A stretch of 64,000 nucleotides of DNA from Octopus vulgaris (taxonomy: Eukaryota): positions 8,804,001 to 8,868,000 of the forward strand of contig OX597817.1 of the NCBI GenBank assembly GCA_951406725.2. Reading direction: 5' to 3'. The notes beneath the pieces were generated by a model, which was not told the origin of the DNA, ran no database searches, and was given only the letters and a program-made list of their open reading frames with translations. Made by a program: the position numbers and the translations under genes. This document shows, in pieces, positions 42,742-56,745 of the stretch (position 1 is the first letter of the stretch; the number at the start of each line of letters is the position of its first letter).

Positions 42742-42777
42742 CAGTTGAAAAAGTCTTAATGACCGAAACCGGTACTG
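42742..42777 (+). ncRNA. Degenerate hammerhead-like motif
   Basis: CAG-TTGAAAA-AGTC ttaat GACC-GAAAC cg GTA-CTG; palindrome ACCGGT; core deviates at C3 and G8. Confidence 0.45.
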
Positions 42778-43063
42778 AAAGGTTATTTTTATAAAAGTTT
42801 TGTAGCATTTTCTACTTTTTCCATATATATATCAACTCATGTGTTCCTTTTCAAACTTCTACATATACATTCATAAATACATACATACATACATACATAC
42901 ATACATACATACATACATACATACATACATACACATACATACATACATACATACATACATACATACACACATTCATACATACACACATACATACATACAT
43001 ACATACATACATACATACATACATACATACATACATACATACACACATACATATATATATAAA

Positions 43064-43272
43064 GGCGCATGGTTCAGGGGTCAGAGCGTCGGGTTCACAA
43101 TCATGTAGTATCGAGTTCGATTCCCGGACCAGGCTGTGTGTTGTGTTCTTGAACAAGACACTTAATTTCAGGTTGCTCTAGTTTACTCATCTGTAAAAAG
43201 GAGTTGTGACGTCACTGGTGCCGAGCTTTATCGGCATTTGCCTTTCCTTTGGATAACATCGGTGGCGTGGGG
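43064..43272 (+). mobile_element. CORE-type tRNA SINE (family D)
   Basis: B-box GAGTTCGATTCCC, then GTGTTCTTGAACAAGACACTTAA..AGTTTACTCATCTGTAAAA, resembling the MIR CORE domain. Confidence 0.8.
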
Positions 43273-43834
43273 ATTGGCAATTTAGTTGCCGACAACTCGA
43301 CTGTAGTACTAGGTCACATGGTACCAGTAGCAGGAATTTCCTGACCTGATAATATAGGTGTGTGTGTCGATAGAGGTTTCCAGGGGAAGGTGAACATATG
43401 TTAGCCTATAACTTTCATTCATGCTAGAGAAAAATTAAGAATTTGTAACCTGCAAGCAAAGGTACTTGAAGAGGAGTCAAACTGAATTTATAACTTACAG
43501 CTTTAAATTATGTCACACAGCTTCAGCTTTACTTGGAAACATATGTAGAACGAATTTACCTTCTCCATCCTACACATACCAATTTATAATCACATAATTA
43601 TCAATTTTCATTGCGCAATCGTCAGTTATATAGTAGCAATCATCTAATCGAAATCTCCAGCAAATTTGACATTGCACGAAGTATATAACATACGTTGCTT
43701 AATAAACTTTGTTGATCAAGTTCCACCTGCTTTATGTCATTTATACAAGCCGTATATCTGCTTGAAGTTAACTAACTGCCTATCTTTTGGGACTTTTGGA
43801 TCGCACTTCTCTATTACTTTATATATATACATAC

Positions 43835-43915
<81 letters not shown>

Positions 43916-43989
43916 TGATTTTGATTGATTTTAGTTTCAGCTCATGAGCTGTGGCCATGCTGGGGCACCGCCATTTATATATATATATA

Positions 43990-44193
43990 GTTAATCCAAA
44001 CAAGAAAACACAAAAAAAGATAACACAAAAAAAAAAAACACAGCAGCACGAGGACGTGGAACAAATAAAGTATTATTGGACGCTCAGGAAAGTAGGGAAG
44101 AAGGAGGGTTTAACGTTTCGGAAACATAGGAGAAGGCAAGATCCCGAGAAGGGAAGACAGAGGGAAAAAAAATCGGCAGCGGCACTCACGAGG

Positions 44194-44196
<3 letters not shown>
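43990..44196 (-). mobile_element. Family E element with hammerhead helix II deleted
   Basis: Same ends as the 28085 copy; lacks AGCGGAGCTCTTCGTCG. Confidence 0.85.
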
Positions 44197-44241
<45 letters not shown>

Positions 44242-44438
44242 CTAAAATTCCTGTAAAAGATGAACGCAGTAGTTGTACTAACAAATAATGCTCGTAGCCA
44301 CTTCAACCTGGCTGGTCTGTTCGAATGGACTTTAATGCGATATTCTAATCCCAAGAGGACATCTCCTGTAGCTTGTTAACGATGCACAGCTGCATAATAT
44401 ACACATACATGTGTATGTATGTATATATATATATATAT

Positions 44439-44680
44439 CTGTAAATGTAATATGTGACAATTATTCGGTAGCCATGATAAAACTCTGAGTTTCAGATGCC
44501 GAGGTGGAAATCCACACCGCCATCTCTTCAGTTATCCGGCCATCGAGAAAATGTTATGAGAAATGACCGTTATACAAAGGAAAATAAAATGTCACGTATT
44601 ACATTTACAGATAAATTCCTCTATTTACATGATATCGAGGTATCTTTCTTTTTTGTTGTCATACCATCTTTATCAATATA
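44439..44680. mobile_element. PLE-like inverted structure with a hammerhead motif (44476-44536, minus strand)
   Basis: GATAA-CTGAAGA-GATG..CATC-T-GAAAC tcaga GTT-TTATC; inverted repeat 44439-44459 vs 44590-44610. Confidence 0.72.
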
Positions 44681-44726
44681 TATATAAGGTGTGCGCACAT
44701 ATATGTATGTGTAAGATATATATATA

Positions 44727-45150
44727 GGCGTAGGAGTGGCTGTGTGGTAAGTAGCTTGCTTACCAACTACATGGTTCCGGGTTCAGTCCCACTGCAAGGC
44801 ACCTTGGGCAAGTTTCTTCAACTATAGCCTCGGGCCGACCAAAGCCTTGTGAGTGGATTTGGTAGACGGAAACTGAAAGAAGCCCGTCGTATATATGTAT
44901 ATATATATATATATGTGTGTGTGTGCGTGTGTGTATGTTTGTGTGTCTGTGTTTGTCTCCCCAACATTGCTTGACAACCGATGGTAGTGTGTTTACGTTC
45001 CCGAAATTAGCGGTTCGGCAAAAGAGACCAATAGAATAAGTACTAGGCTTACAAAGAATATGTTCTGGGGTTGATTTGGTCGACTAAAGGCGGTGCTCCA
45101 GCATGGCCACAGTCAAAATGATTGAAACGAGTAAAAGAGAGTAATAGAGA
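44727..45150 (+). mobile_element. SINE family A, full length
   Basis: Head, internal (TA)(TG) tract and tail present. Confidence 0.93.
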
Positions 45151-45449
45151 GCTATATATAATTATATATACACACACAAATATATACATTTATATATGAG
45201 TAGATAGAAAGATATCTATGTACGTATGTATCTATACATTCTATGAATGTATATATATAACGTGAACGGGGGTCAAAGATTCAAACGAGATTCTTGATGA
45301 ATTACTCATAAGGAAAAAAAATACTGCAATTTTGTTTAGGGTTACGGAAACGAAGGCGATACAGAAGGGGTTTAAAAAGTAGTGCGTAGTAGACAAAACG
45401 ACGGAGGAGTATAAAGACTAAACGTCTTTTTCATCACAGTACCAGGAAC

Positions 45450-45805
<356 letters not shown>

Positions 45806-46123
45806 CTGTTTCGTTGTTGCGGTTTGTTGTGGCTGTTTTTGTTCTTGTTAATGTCATCGTCTTTGTGACAGCGAACATGTTGACCCTTTGATATATGTTC
45901 TGTTCATGGTTTTGTACTTAAGAAGAAAAAAAGCTATTGAAGGGAAGAAGGATAGCGGTGGGGTGGTTGGTGGGAACTACCTAGGCGCTTGTGTGTGTGT
46001 GTGTGTGTAAACAAACACGTACGTGTGTGCATACATGCATAAATGCATACATATATATGTATGTATATATATATATATACACACACACATTATATATAGA
46101 AAGATAGATAGATAGACAGACAT

Positions 46124-46230
<107 letters not shown>

Positions 46231-46496
46231 TACATCTATGCGTATACATGACATATACAAATATGTGTGTATATGACATATATATATATATATATATCTA
46301 TATATGACACACACACACATATATATATATATACAGCGAGAGACAAAGATGGAGAGAGAAAGAAAGACACAGACAGAGAGTGAGAGGAGGAAGGAGGAGG
46401 AGAAAGAGGTGAAGGAGCTAAAGATACACACACACACACACATACATACATATTAGAGAGAGGTAAGGAAGAGAGGTGAGAGAGAGAAATAAAGAA

Positions 46497-46538
<42 letters not shown>

Positions 46539-47253
46539 TAGGTTGGTGTGATACTTGGTGACTTTATTATCCAGTTTTGATCAGTTGTGGAAAATAGTCC
46601 GTCAAACCGACTTCTTTTACTCGACACGTGTGTTTTGGCACGTACACAGTCACATTCTAGCGTATGTATATGCTTGTACGTATGGATTTATGTATGTATG
46701 TATGCATGTATGCATGTATGTATCCATGCAAGTAGGAAGGTAGGTAAGTAAGTAGGTCGGAAGGTAGGTAGGTAGGTAGGTAGGTAGGTGGGTAGGTAGA
46801 CAGGTATGCAGGTAAATGGGTAGATGGGTATGTATCTATGGACGCATGTATGTACGTACGTATGTGTGTGTGTAGGTGAGTACGCATGTATGTTAGCACG
46901 TACCTATGCACGTACGTTTGTATGTACATACATACGAATGTATGCATGTATGTATGTATGTGTGTTTGTTTGTGAGTATGTATGCATGCATGTTTGTATG
47001 TATGTATGCATGTATGTATGCATGTATGTATGTATGTGTGTATGTATGTATGTATGTACGTATGTATATACGCATGCATCCATGTATGTATGTACGTGTG
47101 TATGTGTGTATGTGTGTATGTACGTATGTATGTATGTATGTATGTATGTATGTATGTATGCATGTTTGTATGTATATATGTATGTATGTATGCATGTATG
47201 TATACTTACATATAAGAGAACAAAGTGTACATACGTCGCTATATATATATATA

Positions 47254-47431
47254 AATACAAAATGGGACAAGAACGCAAAGCCTTTAATCTTCAGTCAAGA
47301 ACCGAATCATCCTCGAAATTTCGGCAGATTGATGATCCGGTTCTTGACTGAAGATTAAAGGCTTCGAATGACCCGTCCGTGTTTTTTGTATCGTCTTTCT
47401 GGATGTTTTGCGTTCTTGTCCCATTTTGTAT

Positions 47432-47432
<1 letters not shown>
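47254..47432. repeat. Fold-back element in (TA)n
   Basis: Outer arms AATACAAAATGGGACAAGAACGCAAA and its reverse complement; inner arms AGCCTTTAATCTTCAGTCAAGAACCG and its reverse complement. Confidence 0.88.
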
Positions 47433-47474
<42 letters not shown>

Positions 47475-47532
47475 GTACATATTTCTGTGTTTGTATTTAA
47501 CTCTGTGTGTGTGTGTGTGTGTGGTTTGTTGG

Positions 47533-47993
47533 AAGCTTGCGTGGCACCTTGGGCAAGAGTCTTCTACTATAAAGTGGGGCCGACCAAAGACTTGTGAGTG
47601 GATTTAGCTGCCTCCCAACCACATGGTTTTGGGTTCGTTCCCACTGCGTGTCACCTTGAAAAAGTGTCTTCTACTGTGGCCTCCAGCCAACTAAAGATCT
47701 ACGAGTGGATTTGATAGACAAAATCTAAAAGAAGTCCGTCGTATATATGACTTTGTGTGTGTGTCTATCTGTCCGTCTGTGTGTTCGTATTTATGTGTGT
47801 GTCTTTGTCTGTGCTTGTCCAACTACCATCACTTGTCAATCGACATTGATGTGTTTACACCCCCGTAACTTAGCGGTTCGCCAAAAGAGCCCAATAGAAT
47901 AATTACTAGGCGTACAAAGTACAAGTCCTGGGATAGATTTCTTCAACTAAAACCCATCAAGGCGGTGCTCCAGCATGTAAAAGAATAAAAGAG
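47533..47993 (+). mobile_element. Degenerate SINE family A with a duplicated head fragment
   Basis: Two partial heads (47533-47606 and 47607-47745), then a tail. Confidence 0.75.
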
Positions 47994-47994
47994 A

Positions 47995-48028
<34 letters not shown>

Positions 48029-48074
48029 ATTTAGGAATGGTCATTTTGCCAGTTTAGCCAATAAATATATATCA

Positions 48075-48377
48075 CCAGAAAGAAGTCCGGCGTGAGGAAT
48101 GTCATCGCAGAGTATACACGCAGCAAGTTTAAATGGGCTGGACACGTCGCCCAGCTCACCGATAATCGGTGGAACCGCGCAGTTTTCGAATGGTACCCGC
48201 GCGAGCGGAAACGACCACCCGGAAGGCCTCCACGACAGTGGAGTTACGATTTCAGGAGGACGATTGGGATCACGTGGATGAGAAAGGCGCGATCCAGAGA
48301 GGAGTGGACAGCGGGCTGTGACAAGCAGTGTCAAATGGACGCCCGACGGACTGGTCGGTCAAGGTGATCAAGGTGAT
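48075..48377 (+). mobile_element. RTE-clade LINE 3' end
   Basis: KFKWAGHVAQLTDNRWNRAVFEWYPRERKRPPGRPPRQW; ends (CAAGGTGAT)2 then (TA)n. Confidence 0.92.
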
Positions 48378-48387
48378 ATATATATAC

Positions 48388-48533
48388 TCATTACTCTCTC
48401 TTTCACTCTTTTCAGTCATTTGAATGTGACCATACTATTCTTTGTAAGCCTAGCTCTTATGAAGTACCATCCCAGACTGTTCTTAATACATGAGCATCAG
48501 TTGTCAAGCGATGGTAGACGAACAGACAGACGG

Positions 48534-48584
<51 letters not shown>

Positions 48585-49225
48585 TACATATATATATATA
48601 TATATATACACATATATCCGCGCGCCTTATCTCCTCAAAGACATACAGCATCTCGAAAGAGTCCAGAAGCTGGCTACCCGCATGGTTCTTGATCTCAAGA
48701 ATTTGTCTTATGAAGAAAGGCTGAAGACGCTCGACCTTTATTCTCTAGAAAAACGACGACGCCGTGGTGATCTCATTCTTGCTCACAACATCATAAGCGG
48801 AAAGTGTAACCTCTCGAAAGAGCTGTTCTTCACTCCTGCTCCAGAGCGTCGGCTGCGGTGTCACTCCGAAAAGCTCTATCTGCAACGATTTCATCTCAAT
48901 CGAAGGAGAGGGGCTTTCTCCGTTCAGGTTGCGGATCCGTGGAATAAGCTGCTGGACGAGATGGTGAAGATGCCGACGACCGCTCGGTTCAAAGTCTCCC
49001 TTGACCACAAATGGTCTGAACTCTTTACATGAACACCACCCTGTACATAACTCCATGTCCCCTACATGGCCTTGCTTTTTGCTTTTTGAGCCAAAAAATT
49101 AACTAACTAACACACACACACACACACATATATACGACGAGCTTCTTCCAGTTTCCGTCTACCAAATCCACTCACAAGACATGGACGGCCCGAGGCTATA
49201 GTGGAAGACACTTGACCAAAGGTGC
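48388..49225 (-). mobile_element. SINE family A split by a CR1 insertion
   Basis: 3' half at 48388-48540 and 5' half at 49111-49225. Confidence 0.75.
48618..49110 (+). mobile_element. 5'-truncated CR1-type LINE with an open RT C-terminal frame
   Basis: PYLLKDIQHLERVQKLATRMV..SYEERLKTLDLYSLEKRRRRGDLI..WNKL..FKVSLD; stop at 49032; (CTAA)n tail. Confidence 0.93.
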
Positions 49226-49460
49226 AGGCTTGGCTATGATAAAGAGCTGTATGGTGCATGCTTAAAGTATGTATATAGGTTGAAAGTAATCTAAACTGCA
49301 GCATTCATCTTGAGAAGTTATAAAAGTACCTTTTATAACTTGTAACTTAGCGGTTCGGCAAGTACCAGGATTACAAAGAATAAGTTTCTTCGACTAACAC
49401 CCTTTGAGGTAGTGCTCCAGTATGGCTACAGCCAAATGACGAAAACAAGTAAAAGAATAA

Positions 49461-49517
<57 letters not shown>

Positions 49518-49698
49518 AATAGTATTCACTTCCGGACTCTCCCACTTTGTGAGTGCCTCAGTTCAAATCGCACGTGTCTTGAATGGGCTGGAGTATTTCT
49601 ATTTTGGATTTATTTGGGTTACTTAGTTGTGCTCATGACTTAGTGTTCGCTTCTTCCGTGGGTATGAGTAAGTATCTCATTTACTTCTTTGCCACATG

Positions 49699-49752
49699 TA
49701 TCACTGACGAAGGGAGGGTTCTTTTTGAACTAACCCTGAAATCGGTCCGATA
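49699..49752 (+). ncRNA. Type-I hammerhead ribozyme motif
   Basis: TATCA-CTGACGA-AGGG..GTTC ttttt GAAC..CCCT-GAAAT cg GTC-CGATA; one A.C mismatch at the base of helix I. Confidence 0.68.
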
Positions 49753-49901
49753 TGGTAATAATGGAATATTTTAGAAATTTCTGTTGGCCTTTTTTTGAGT
49801 AGCGTGCGTACTGAGAAAAAAATTATATGGTAAATGGACAATATGTCCAATTTTCGGCATATTTGGCATTAGACATTTTTTCGTTTGCCCTTATTTATAA
49901 G

Positions 49902-50065
<164 letters not shown>

Positions 50066-50273
50066 TATATCAATTTGAACCTATTTAGAGCATACGCATT
50101 TTCAGAAAGAACGAAATTTGTTTGCCTTTATTTGCATTGCAGTAGTGCAAGTATTGGCAATAATTACAGGAACTAATAAAAGAACCTTCTTTCGGGAAAA
50201 AGTGTATTATCCGAAACGTTAAAATTCTTTTCCCGATGGTCTATGAACTTCGAAACGATACATTTGACGCATG

Positions 50274-50337
<64 letters not shown>

Positions 50338-50446
50338 ATTCTGAAGAAGTTGTTTCAGAAGAAAAAAGCTTTAAGAATATGTTGGTAACCTTTATGGGTT
50401 ATGCTTAGAGCCACAATGCATGATGCTTCATTATTTTTTCTATCGC

Positions 50447-50548
50447 ATTCAGGGTTAGCCTATAACAGCTCCCCCCTTCGTCAGTGATACATGTGGCAAA
50501 GAAGTAAATGAGATACTTACTCATACCCACGGAAGAAGCGAACACTAA
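50447..50548 (-). repeat. Inverted paralog of 49640-49740
   Basis: 75 bp identical (50474-50548 vs 49640-49714). Confidence 0.92.
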
Positions 50549-51799
50549 AATGAATGACAGATCGCTCCTGAAATATAGCGAGGTACTTCTGCTGCCAGTA
50601 GCAAGATGTTGGTGAACTGTGAAATTAAAAAGATTATGAGACATGCACAGAAGCAACGGATTTTATTTACGCTTCATTTTTGAACTCACTATTCATGGAT
50701 CAATACAGTACAAAGCCGTAACCACTCAGCCATTTCTTCTGCGCATTGGAAAATACAATATAGTGCTTACAGTCACTTCCGATGCAAGGGTAGCGGGTTA
50801 GAGGTTCTTGCTTAGAAACATATTACAATGCCAGAAGCGAAGTATGTGTCAGGGTTTTGTATTATCATTTATCGAACATTTTTGTTTTTCTTTCCTATGC
50901 GCATAAAAGCGCAGAATCACACACACATACACACACGCACACATTAAACTGGCTCACACATCACATCCCACTTGTATGATAATGAGCCATTCACTTATGT
51001 AAATAGCTGTTAAAGGTGGTGACGTGTGAAACTAACTAAGGTGAGTGAATGAGAAGGAATCTTTTATGGATGTGAGGTATTCGGGGAGAGCAAACTATTT
51101 ATGAAAAATAGCTTGCGGATGTATCTGGGAATTTCTCAGACGTATCTTGCTCATATGGGGCAGCCACATATGTATAGCAAAATTAAATAAACCTGACTGG
51201 ATAGCACTTTTATCGGCCTCTTCTAAAGAATTTTCTTTAATGATTTTTATTAATTGACGTCAGCTGATCGTTATCTTTGTAGTTAACTGTATCTGCCCCA
51301 ATCTTATCGTTATAAAATATCCTTAAAAGGAGAGGGTGAGAAACTATATAAATTTGCACTGTATACCGAGCATGGTGATATAGTGCTGGTGTGAGTGGTG
51401 GTGTTTGCGAATGGGGTGAATTTAAGAAATGACTTCGTGATCTAGATTCTATTTATAGTTAACACATTTTTTTGCCGATTATCGACCATGATAAAGATAT
51501 GAGTGTCGCAACCCCAAAATGTTATTTTTCTAAATTAATCATTGAATTCACTTGTTTAAAAACTGATGATTAAGTTTGTGTGTGTGTGTGTGTGTGTGTT
51601 TCTCTTTTTGTAGACGCTCTTTTCACAAGATTCTTGATGTGAAACTGCGTGTTAAAACTTGTACTTTTAATTTTCTTCCGATTAAAACACACGCACTGGT
51701 TGTAGTTCATTTATCAATCAATCAATCAATCCAGTCATCAATCACGTAATCGCAAAGTTTTTCGCCTAATGCAGCTGCATTTTAAATAATTTCTTTACA

Positions 51800-51964
51800 G
51801 GCGCAGGAGTGGCTGTGTGGTAAGTAGATTGCTAACTAACCACATGGTTCCGGGTTCAGTCCCACTGCGTGGCATCTTGGGCAAGTGTCTTCTGCTATAG
51901 CCCCGGGCCGACCAAAGCCTTGTGAGTGGATTTGGTAGACGGAAACTGAAAGAAGCCCGTCGTA

Positions 51965-52025
<61 letters not shown>

Positions 52026-52251
52026 ATGTGTTTGTGTGTTTGTGTTTGTCCCCTTAGCATTGCTTGACAACCGATGCTGGTGTGTTTATCTCCCCGTCAC
52101 TTGGCGGTTCGGCAAAAGAGACCGATAGAATAAGTACTGGGCTTACAAAAAGAATAAGTCCCGGGGTCGATTTGCTCGACTAAAGGCGGTGCTCCAGCAT
52201 GGCCGCAGTCAAATGACTGAAACAAGTAAAAGAATAAAAAGAATAAAAGAA
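51800..52251 (+). mobile_element. SINE family A, full-length reference copy
   Basis: Intact head, (TA)n(TG)n tract, tail with TAAAAGAA repeats. Confidence 0.95.
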
Positions 52252-52855
52252 TTGTCTTTTCTTCTCTTTTGCTTGGGAATTATATTTACTTAAGTATATG
52301 TGAATGGTCATGTTCCTTTATGTATGCCATACCCGTCGCTAAGGGGGTGCACTGGACGTCACTGTTACTTTATTATTCAATGGTGCACCCTCAAATTGAG
52401 AAAATACAGTTTACAAAAATTAGTGCCTACCAAGAATATTCTGAAGTACTCCAGGTATCAAAGTCTGGCGATGGGCCTGATGTATATCAGTGTATGTATG
52501 TGCATTTGTAATCGTCTGGCGCAGCTGAGTGATTTTATGTTGGTAATCGCCAATATATGAATGAGATTTTGTTACCTAAACAGAATTTAGCTATACATTA
52601 CGGAATTTTGAATTTTTATTTTTCTTCCTTTCACTTTTGTTAAAATTTTCGTTATATGTGCACACTTGCGCGTGCGTACACACGCACACACACATACACA
52701 CACATATAAGTATATGGAGAGGGAGAGAGATTGATGTGCACACATATACATGCCACTCTGCGGTCGAACTTTGCATCATTGTCTGGGTTTGAAACTGCAC
52801 TCTATAGGAGACCAAAGTCAACCAAGTCATTTTTATGGCAAATGTTTTAACCGCT

Positions 52856-53055
52856 TATTTCTTTACTGCCCACAAGGGGCTAAATATAGAGGGGACAAAC
52901 AAGGACAGACAAAGGGATTAAGTCGATTACATCGACCCCAGTGCGTAACTGGTACTTTATTTATCGACCCCGAAAGGATGAAAGGCAAAGTCGACCTCGG
53001 CGGGATTTGAACTTAGAACGTAACGGCAGACGAAATACGACTACGCATTTCGCCT
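52856..53055 (-). mobile_element. SINE family B, 5'-truncated
   Basis: Reverse complement match to 36511-36741. Confidence 0.9.
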
Positions 53056-53589
53056 CCAGTTGTAAGTAGAGATCATTAAGCCAGCTAAAGTGAACTTACT
53101 GTCTTCCTCGACTAGATCCAGCTGGAACTCTTTTCAGCTGCTTCTAAAATTACTTACAGAGATGTTCTTCTCGGAAACTGAGAGCCAGTTCATAAAATCA
53201 TGATGATGATGCTCTACTCCGCAATGGATTTCATAAGGAAAAAAAAATTAAATTTGACTTCAAAACCGGCGGCTGTCACGACTAATACGTTACTCTGTCA
53301 TGTAGATGTGAAATTCCTCCATTCTAATTTCATGTAGTATAGTTTGTTGAATCAGAACCGTCTTGAGGAAAATGATTAAAGTACTATATTCGGTTTCATA
53401 TCACTGTTCTTAATATTTTCTGGATGGTTTTTCTATGATTAGGCTGCTGTGCACTCTCTGTCATTCACTCCATCGAGTAAATCCTGCTTCCATAATCCGA
53501 TTGGATTACAGTTGTTTCAGACCAGGATTTCCACAATTTTTTGCTACATTACTGGAGTTGCTACTGGCGCGATTATATAGATCTTAAAA

Positions 53590-53962
53590 TAAATAAATGC
53601 GCCCTTTTAAAGCCTAGCCAGGCTCATGAGCCCGGTTTCCCGGTTTCAAAGGCGTATGTGTACCCCAGCTGGGCGGGACGCCAGTCCATCGCAGCGTTAC
53701 TCATTTTGCCAGCTGAGTGGACTGGAGCAACGTGAAATGAAGTGTTTTGCTCAAGAACACAACGCGTCGCTGATGTGTGGACGCCCTCAGACGATGAAGT
53801 AGGCTAGCCCAATACATAGAGAACAAGCAGAGAACAGCTGAGTAGCAGTCAGTATAGCTGAGTAGTAGAGGCATCCGAACGTACGACATAACAGTCGCCC
53901 GGTCCAGGAATCGAAACCACAATCTTACGATCATGATGCTGACACCCTAACCATTAAGACAC
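53590..53962 (-). mobile_element. CORE-type tRNA SINE with a distinct tail, interrupted by a 123-bp insert
   Basis: B-box GGTTTCGATTCCT and GTGTTCTTGAGCAAAACACTT body. Confidence 0.8.
53771..53893. mobile_element. Solo-LTR-like insert (TG...CA, 5-bp TSD)
   Basis: TSD GTCGC at 53766-53770 and 53894-53898; termini TGATGTGT / ACATAACA. Confidence 0.75.
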
Positions 53963-54135
53963 ACGGATTAAGTCGATTATATCGACCCCAGTGCGTAACT
54001 GGTACTTATTTAATCGACCCAGAAAGGATGAAAGGCAAAGTCAATTTCGGCGGAGTTTGAACTCAGAACGTAACGGCAGACGAAATACGGCTACGCATTT
54101 CGCCCGGCGTACTAACGTTTCTGCCAGCTCGCCGC
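53963..54135 (-). mobile_element. SINE family B lacking its tail
   Basis: Head and body match; fused directly to the 5' end of the CORE-type SINE. Confidence 0.88.
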
Positions 54136-54209
54136 TTTATATATACACTCAGTATAAGTTGTGCGCTTTATACCCTGTCGTTGTTTATTTACAATACGTT
54201 TTTCAGTTT

Positions 54210-54263
<54 letters not shown>

Positions 54264-54264
<1 letters not shown>

Positions 54265-54743
54265 TAGCAGTATCGCCCGGCGTTGCTCGGGTTTGTAAGG
54301 GAAATAACTATATATTTTTAGAGAGTTACTATAAATTCGGGCTTTCTTAGCCATTTTTGTTTTGGTGTCTTCAAGCCATGAAGTCGTTGTTCTAAAAGAA
54401 CGCTGGTTTCCTTCACAACGCATTACGACGTTGATTTCTTTACACTCCCTTCCCCACAGCTTCACGAGGGAGGGAAGGGGGAGAAGCAAACAGGTGCAGC
54501 TGTGAGCGTGGACGCCAACTCCGCCGCCATCGACATACGATGCATTTTATGCATTAAAATGGAATAAAAAATGATGTTAAATTATTTTTAAAATCGTAGA
54601 CTCATCGTTGACGCGCGCTAATAGTCAGAGGGGCTCGATATGAATCACGACTATAAGATACACGAATTTGGTTAAACTGCACCGCAAAATGTGGGAGGAG
54701 TTAGGAATCTAAATCGAAGGGGACAGACACTCACACAACTAGA

Positions 54744-54755
<12 letters not shown>
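54264..54755 (-). mobile_element. Non-autonomous Helitron, same family as 23095-23393, longer variant
   Basis: Identical 3' hairpin and CTAG; shared 5' ~200 bp; extra ~210-bp internal segment. Confidence 0.9.
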
Positions 54756-54794
<39 letters not shown>

Positions 54795-54911
54795 CCAGGC
54801 TACATACGATTCCTTGGTAGCAGATCTTTTGATGTTATAATCACTCTATGAGGGTTACTCAGCTAGCTATTCACCAAGCCGAAGATACCTTAATTATATA
54901 AAGGTCACACT

Positions 54912-55038
54912 GTCTTTACGTTCTGAGTTCAAATTCCATCGAGGTGGACTTTGCCCGTCATCCTTTCGGGGTCGATAAATTAAGTACCAGTTGCCTGCTG
55001 GGATCAATCTAATCGACTGGCGCCTCCCCCCCCCAAAA
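54912..55038 (+). mobile_element. SINE family B fragment
   Basis: GAGTTCAAATTCC..CATCCTTTCGGGGTCGATAAATTAAGTACCAG. Confidence 0.8.
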
Positions 55039-55039
55039 A

Positions 55040-55084
<45 letters not shown>

Positions 55085-55121
55085 GGTTACCTTTATAAGT
55101 ATATATGCGATCTAATTTGTA

Positions 55122-55246
55122 ATCTTCGAAGAGGCCTTAGGATGTTTTGTAAATGTCTCATTTACAACTACATATTGACCTATCATAAATGGCTAATATG
55201 AGTTGAATGAGACATGCTATCTACATGGCCGAAACAGCTGTAAGAT
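55122..55246 (+). ncRNA. Hammerhead-like motif with long helix II
   Basis: ATCT-TCGAAGA-GGCC-(90-nt hairpin)-GGCC-GAAAC agct GTA-AGAT; palindrome ACAGCTGT; C3/U4 altered. Confidence 0.6.
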
Positions 55247-55448
55247 ATAGTCTATATTTATATTTATGTGTACTTATATTTATGTTCTACTATACGTATT
55301 CTACTTATTGTATAACATTACTATTTTATGTACACTCCTTCATGTACACTGCATTATTATGATTAACCTTATAGTTTCTTATGTAGTGGTTTAATAAAGT
55401 ATGTGATTGATATATAATTGATATTTGATTTCGATATTTCTCCATTTT

Positions 55449-55487
<39 letters not shown>

Positions 55488-55604
55488 TCACACACACATA
55501 TATATATATATATGTGTGTGTGTGTATGCATGAATGTATGTATGATAAAGAAAACATTTCGTCACGAATGACCAGAAAGTTACCTCCAAAGTCCGAGCAT
55601 CCAC

Positions 55605-55800
55605 AAAGATGATGTTATCCAAGGAAAAGGCTTGGCACCAGTGAGGTCGCCGCTTATTTCTACTGCTGAGTGAACTAGAGCAACATGAATTAAAGTGTCT
55701 TGCTCAAGAACACGACACAGCTCGGTTCGGGATTCGAACTCACTACCTCATTATTTCCTGATTCTGAAACCAACATTCTAACCACTGAGCCATGTACCTT
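55605..55800 (-). mobile_element. CORE-type tRNA SINE (family D)
   Basis: Reverse complement similarity to 43064-43272. Confidence 0.75.
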
Positions 55801-55812
55801 ATATATATACAT

Positions 55813-55848
<36 letters not shown>

Positions 55849-55874
55849 TTATTTATTTATACACGCGCACACAC

Positions 55875-55908
<34 letters not shown>

Positions 55909-55910
55909 TA

Positions 55911-55988
<78 letters not shown>

Positions 55989-56261
55989 TGAAGTATATTT
56001 AACACTTAAATGTGGCTAACCCTTAAGAGTGGATGCTACTGTAGCTTGTAGCCCCAGGAGGACACCTCCTCCAGCTGGCTAATGACACACTTTCTGTCAA
56101 ACTCCTTCATTCACTAAATGTCACACATCGGAGGGAATTTATTGAAAGTGTAACAAAGTAAATGGCGGTGCCCCGGCATTGCCGCAGTCCTTGGACTGAA
56201 ACTTACAGGGAAATATATGCGGTAATCCCCCGTCTATCGCGGGTGTTACGTTCCAAAAACA

Positions 56262-56665
<404 letters not shown>

Positions 56666-56680
56666 GCGATATGGTGCTGG

Positions 56681-56745
<65 letters not shown>

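Noticed and set aside
52269-52560. Two overlapping plus-strand ORFs
   Set aside because: No motif; contains CCCGTCGCTAAGGGGGTGCAC, which looks like a DNA-transposon terminus.
53100-53144. 45-nt minus-strand micro-exon (AAEKEFQLDLVEED) with a GTAAGT donor
   Set aside because: Very short polypyrimidine tract and no supporting neighbouring exons; compatible with chance.
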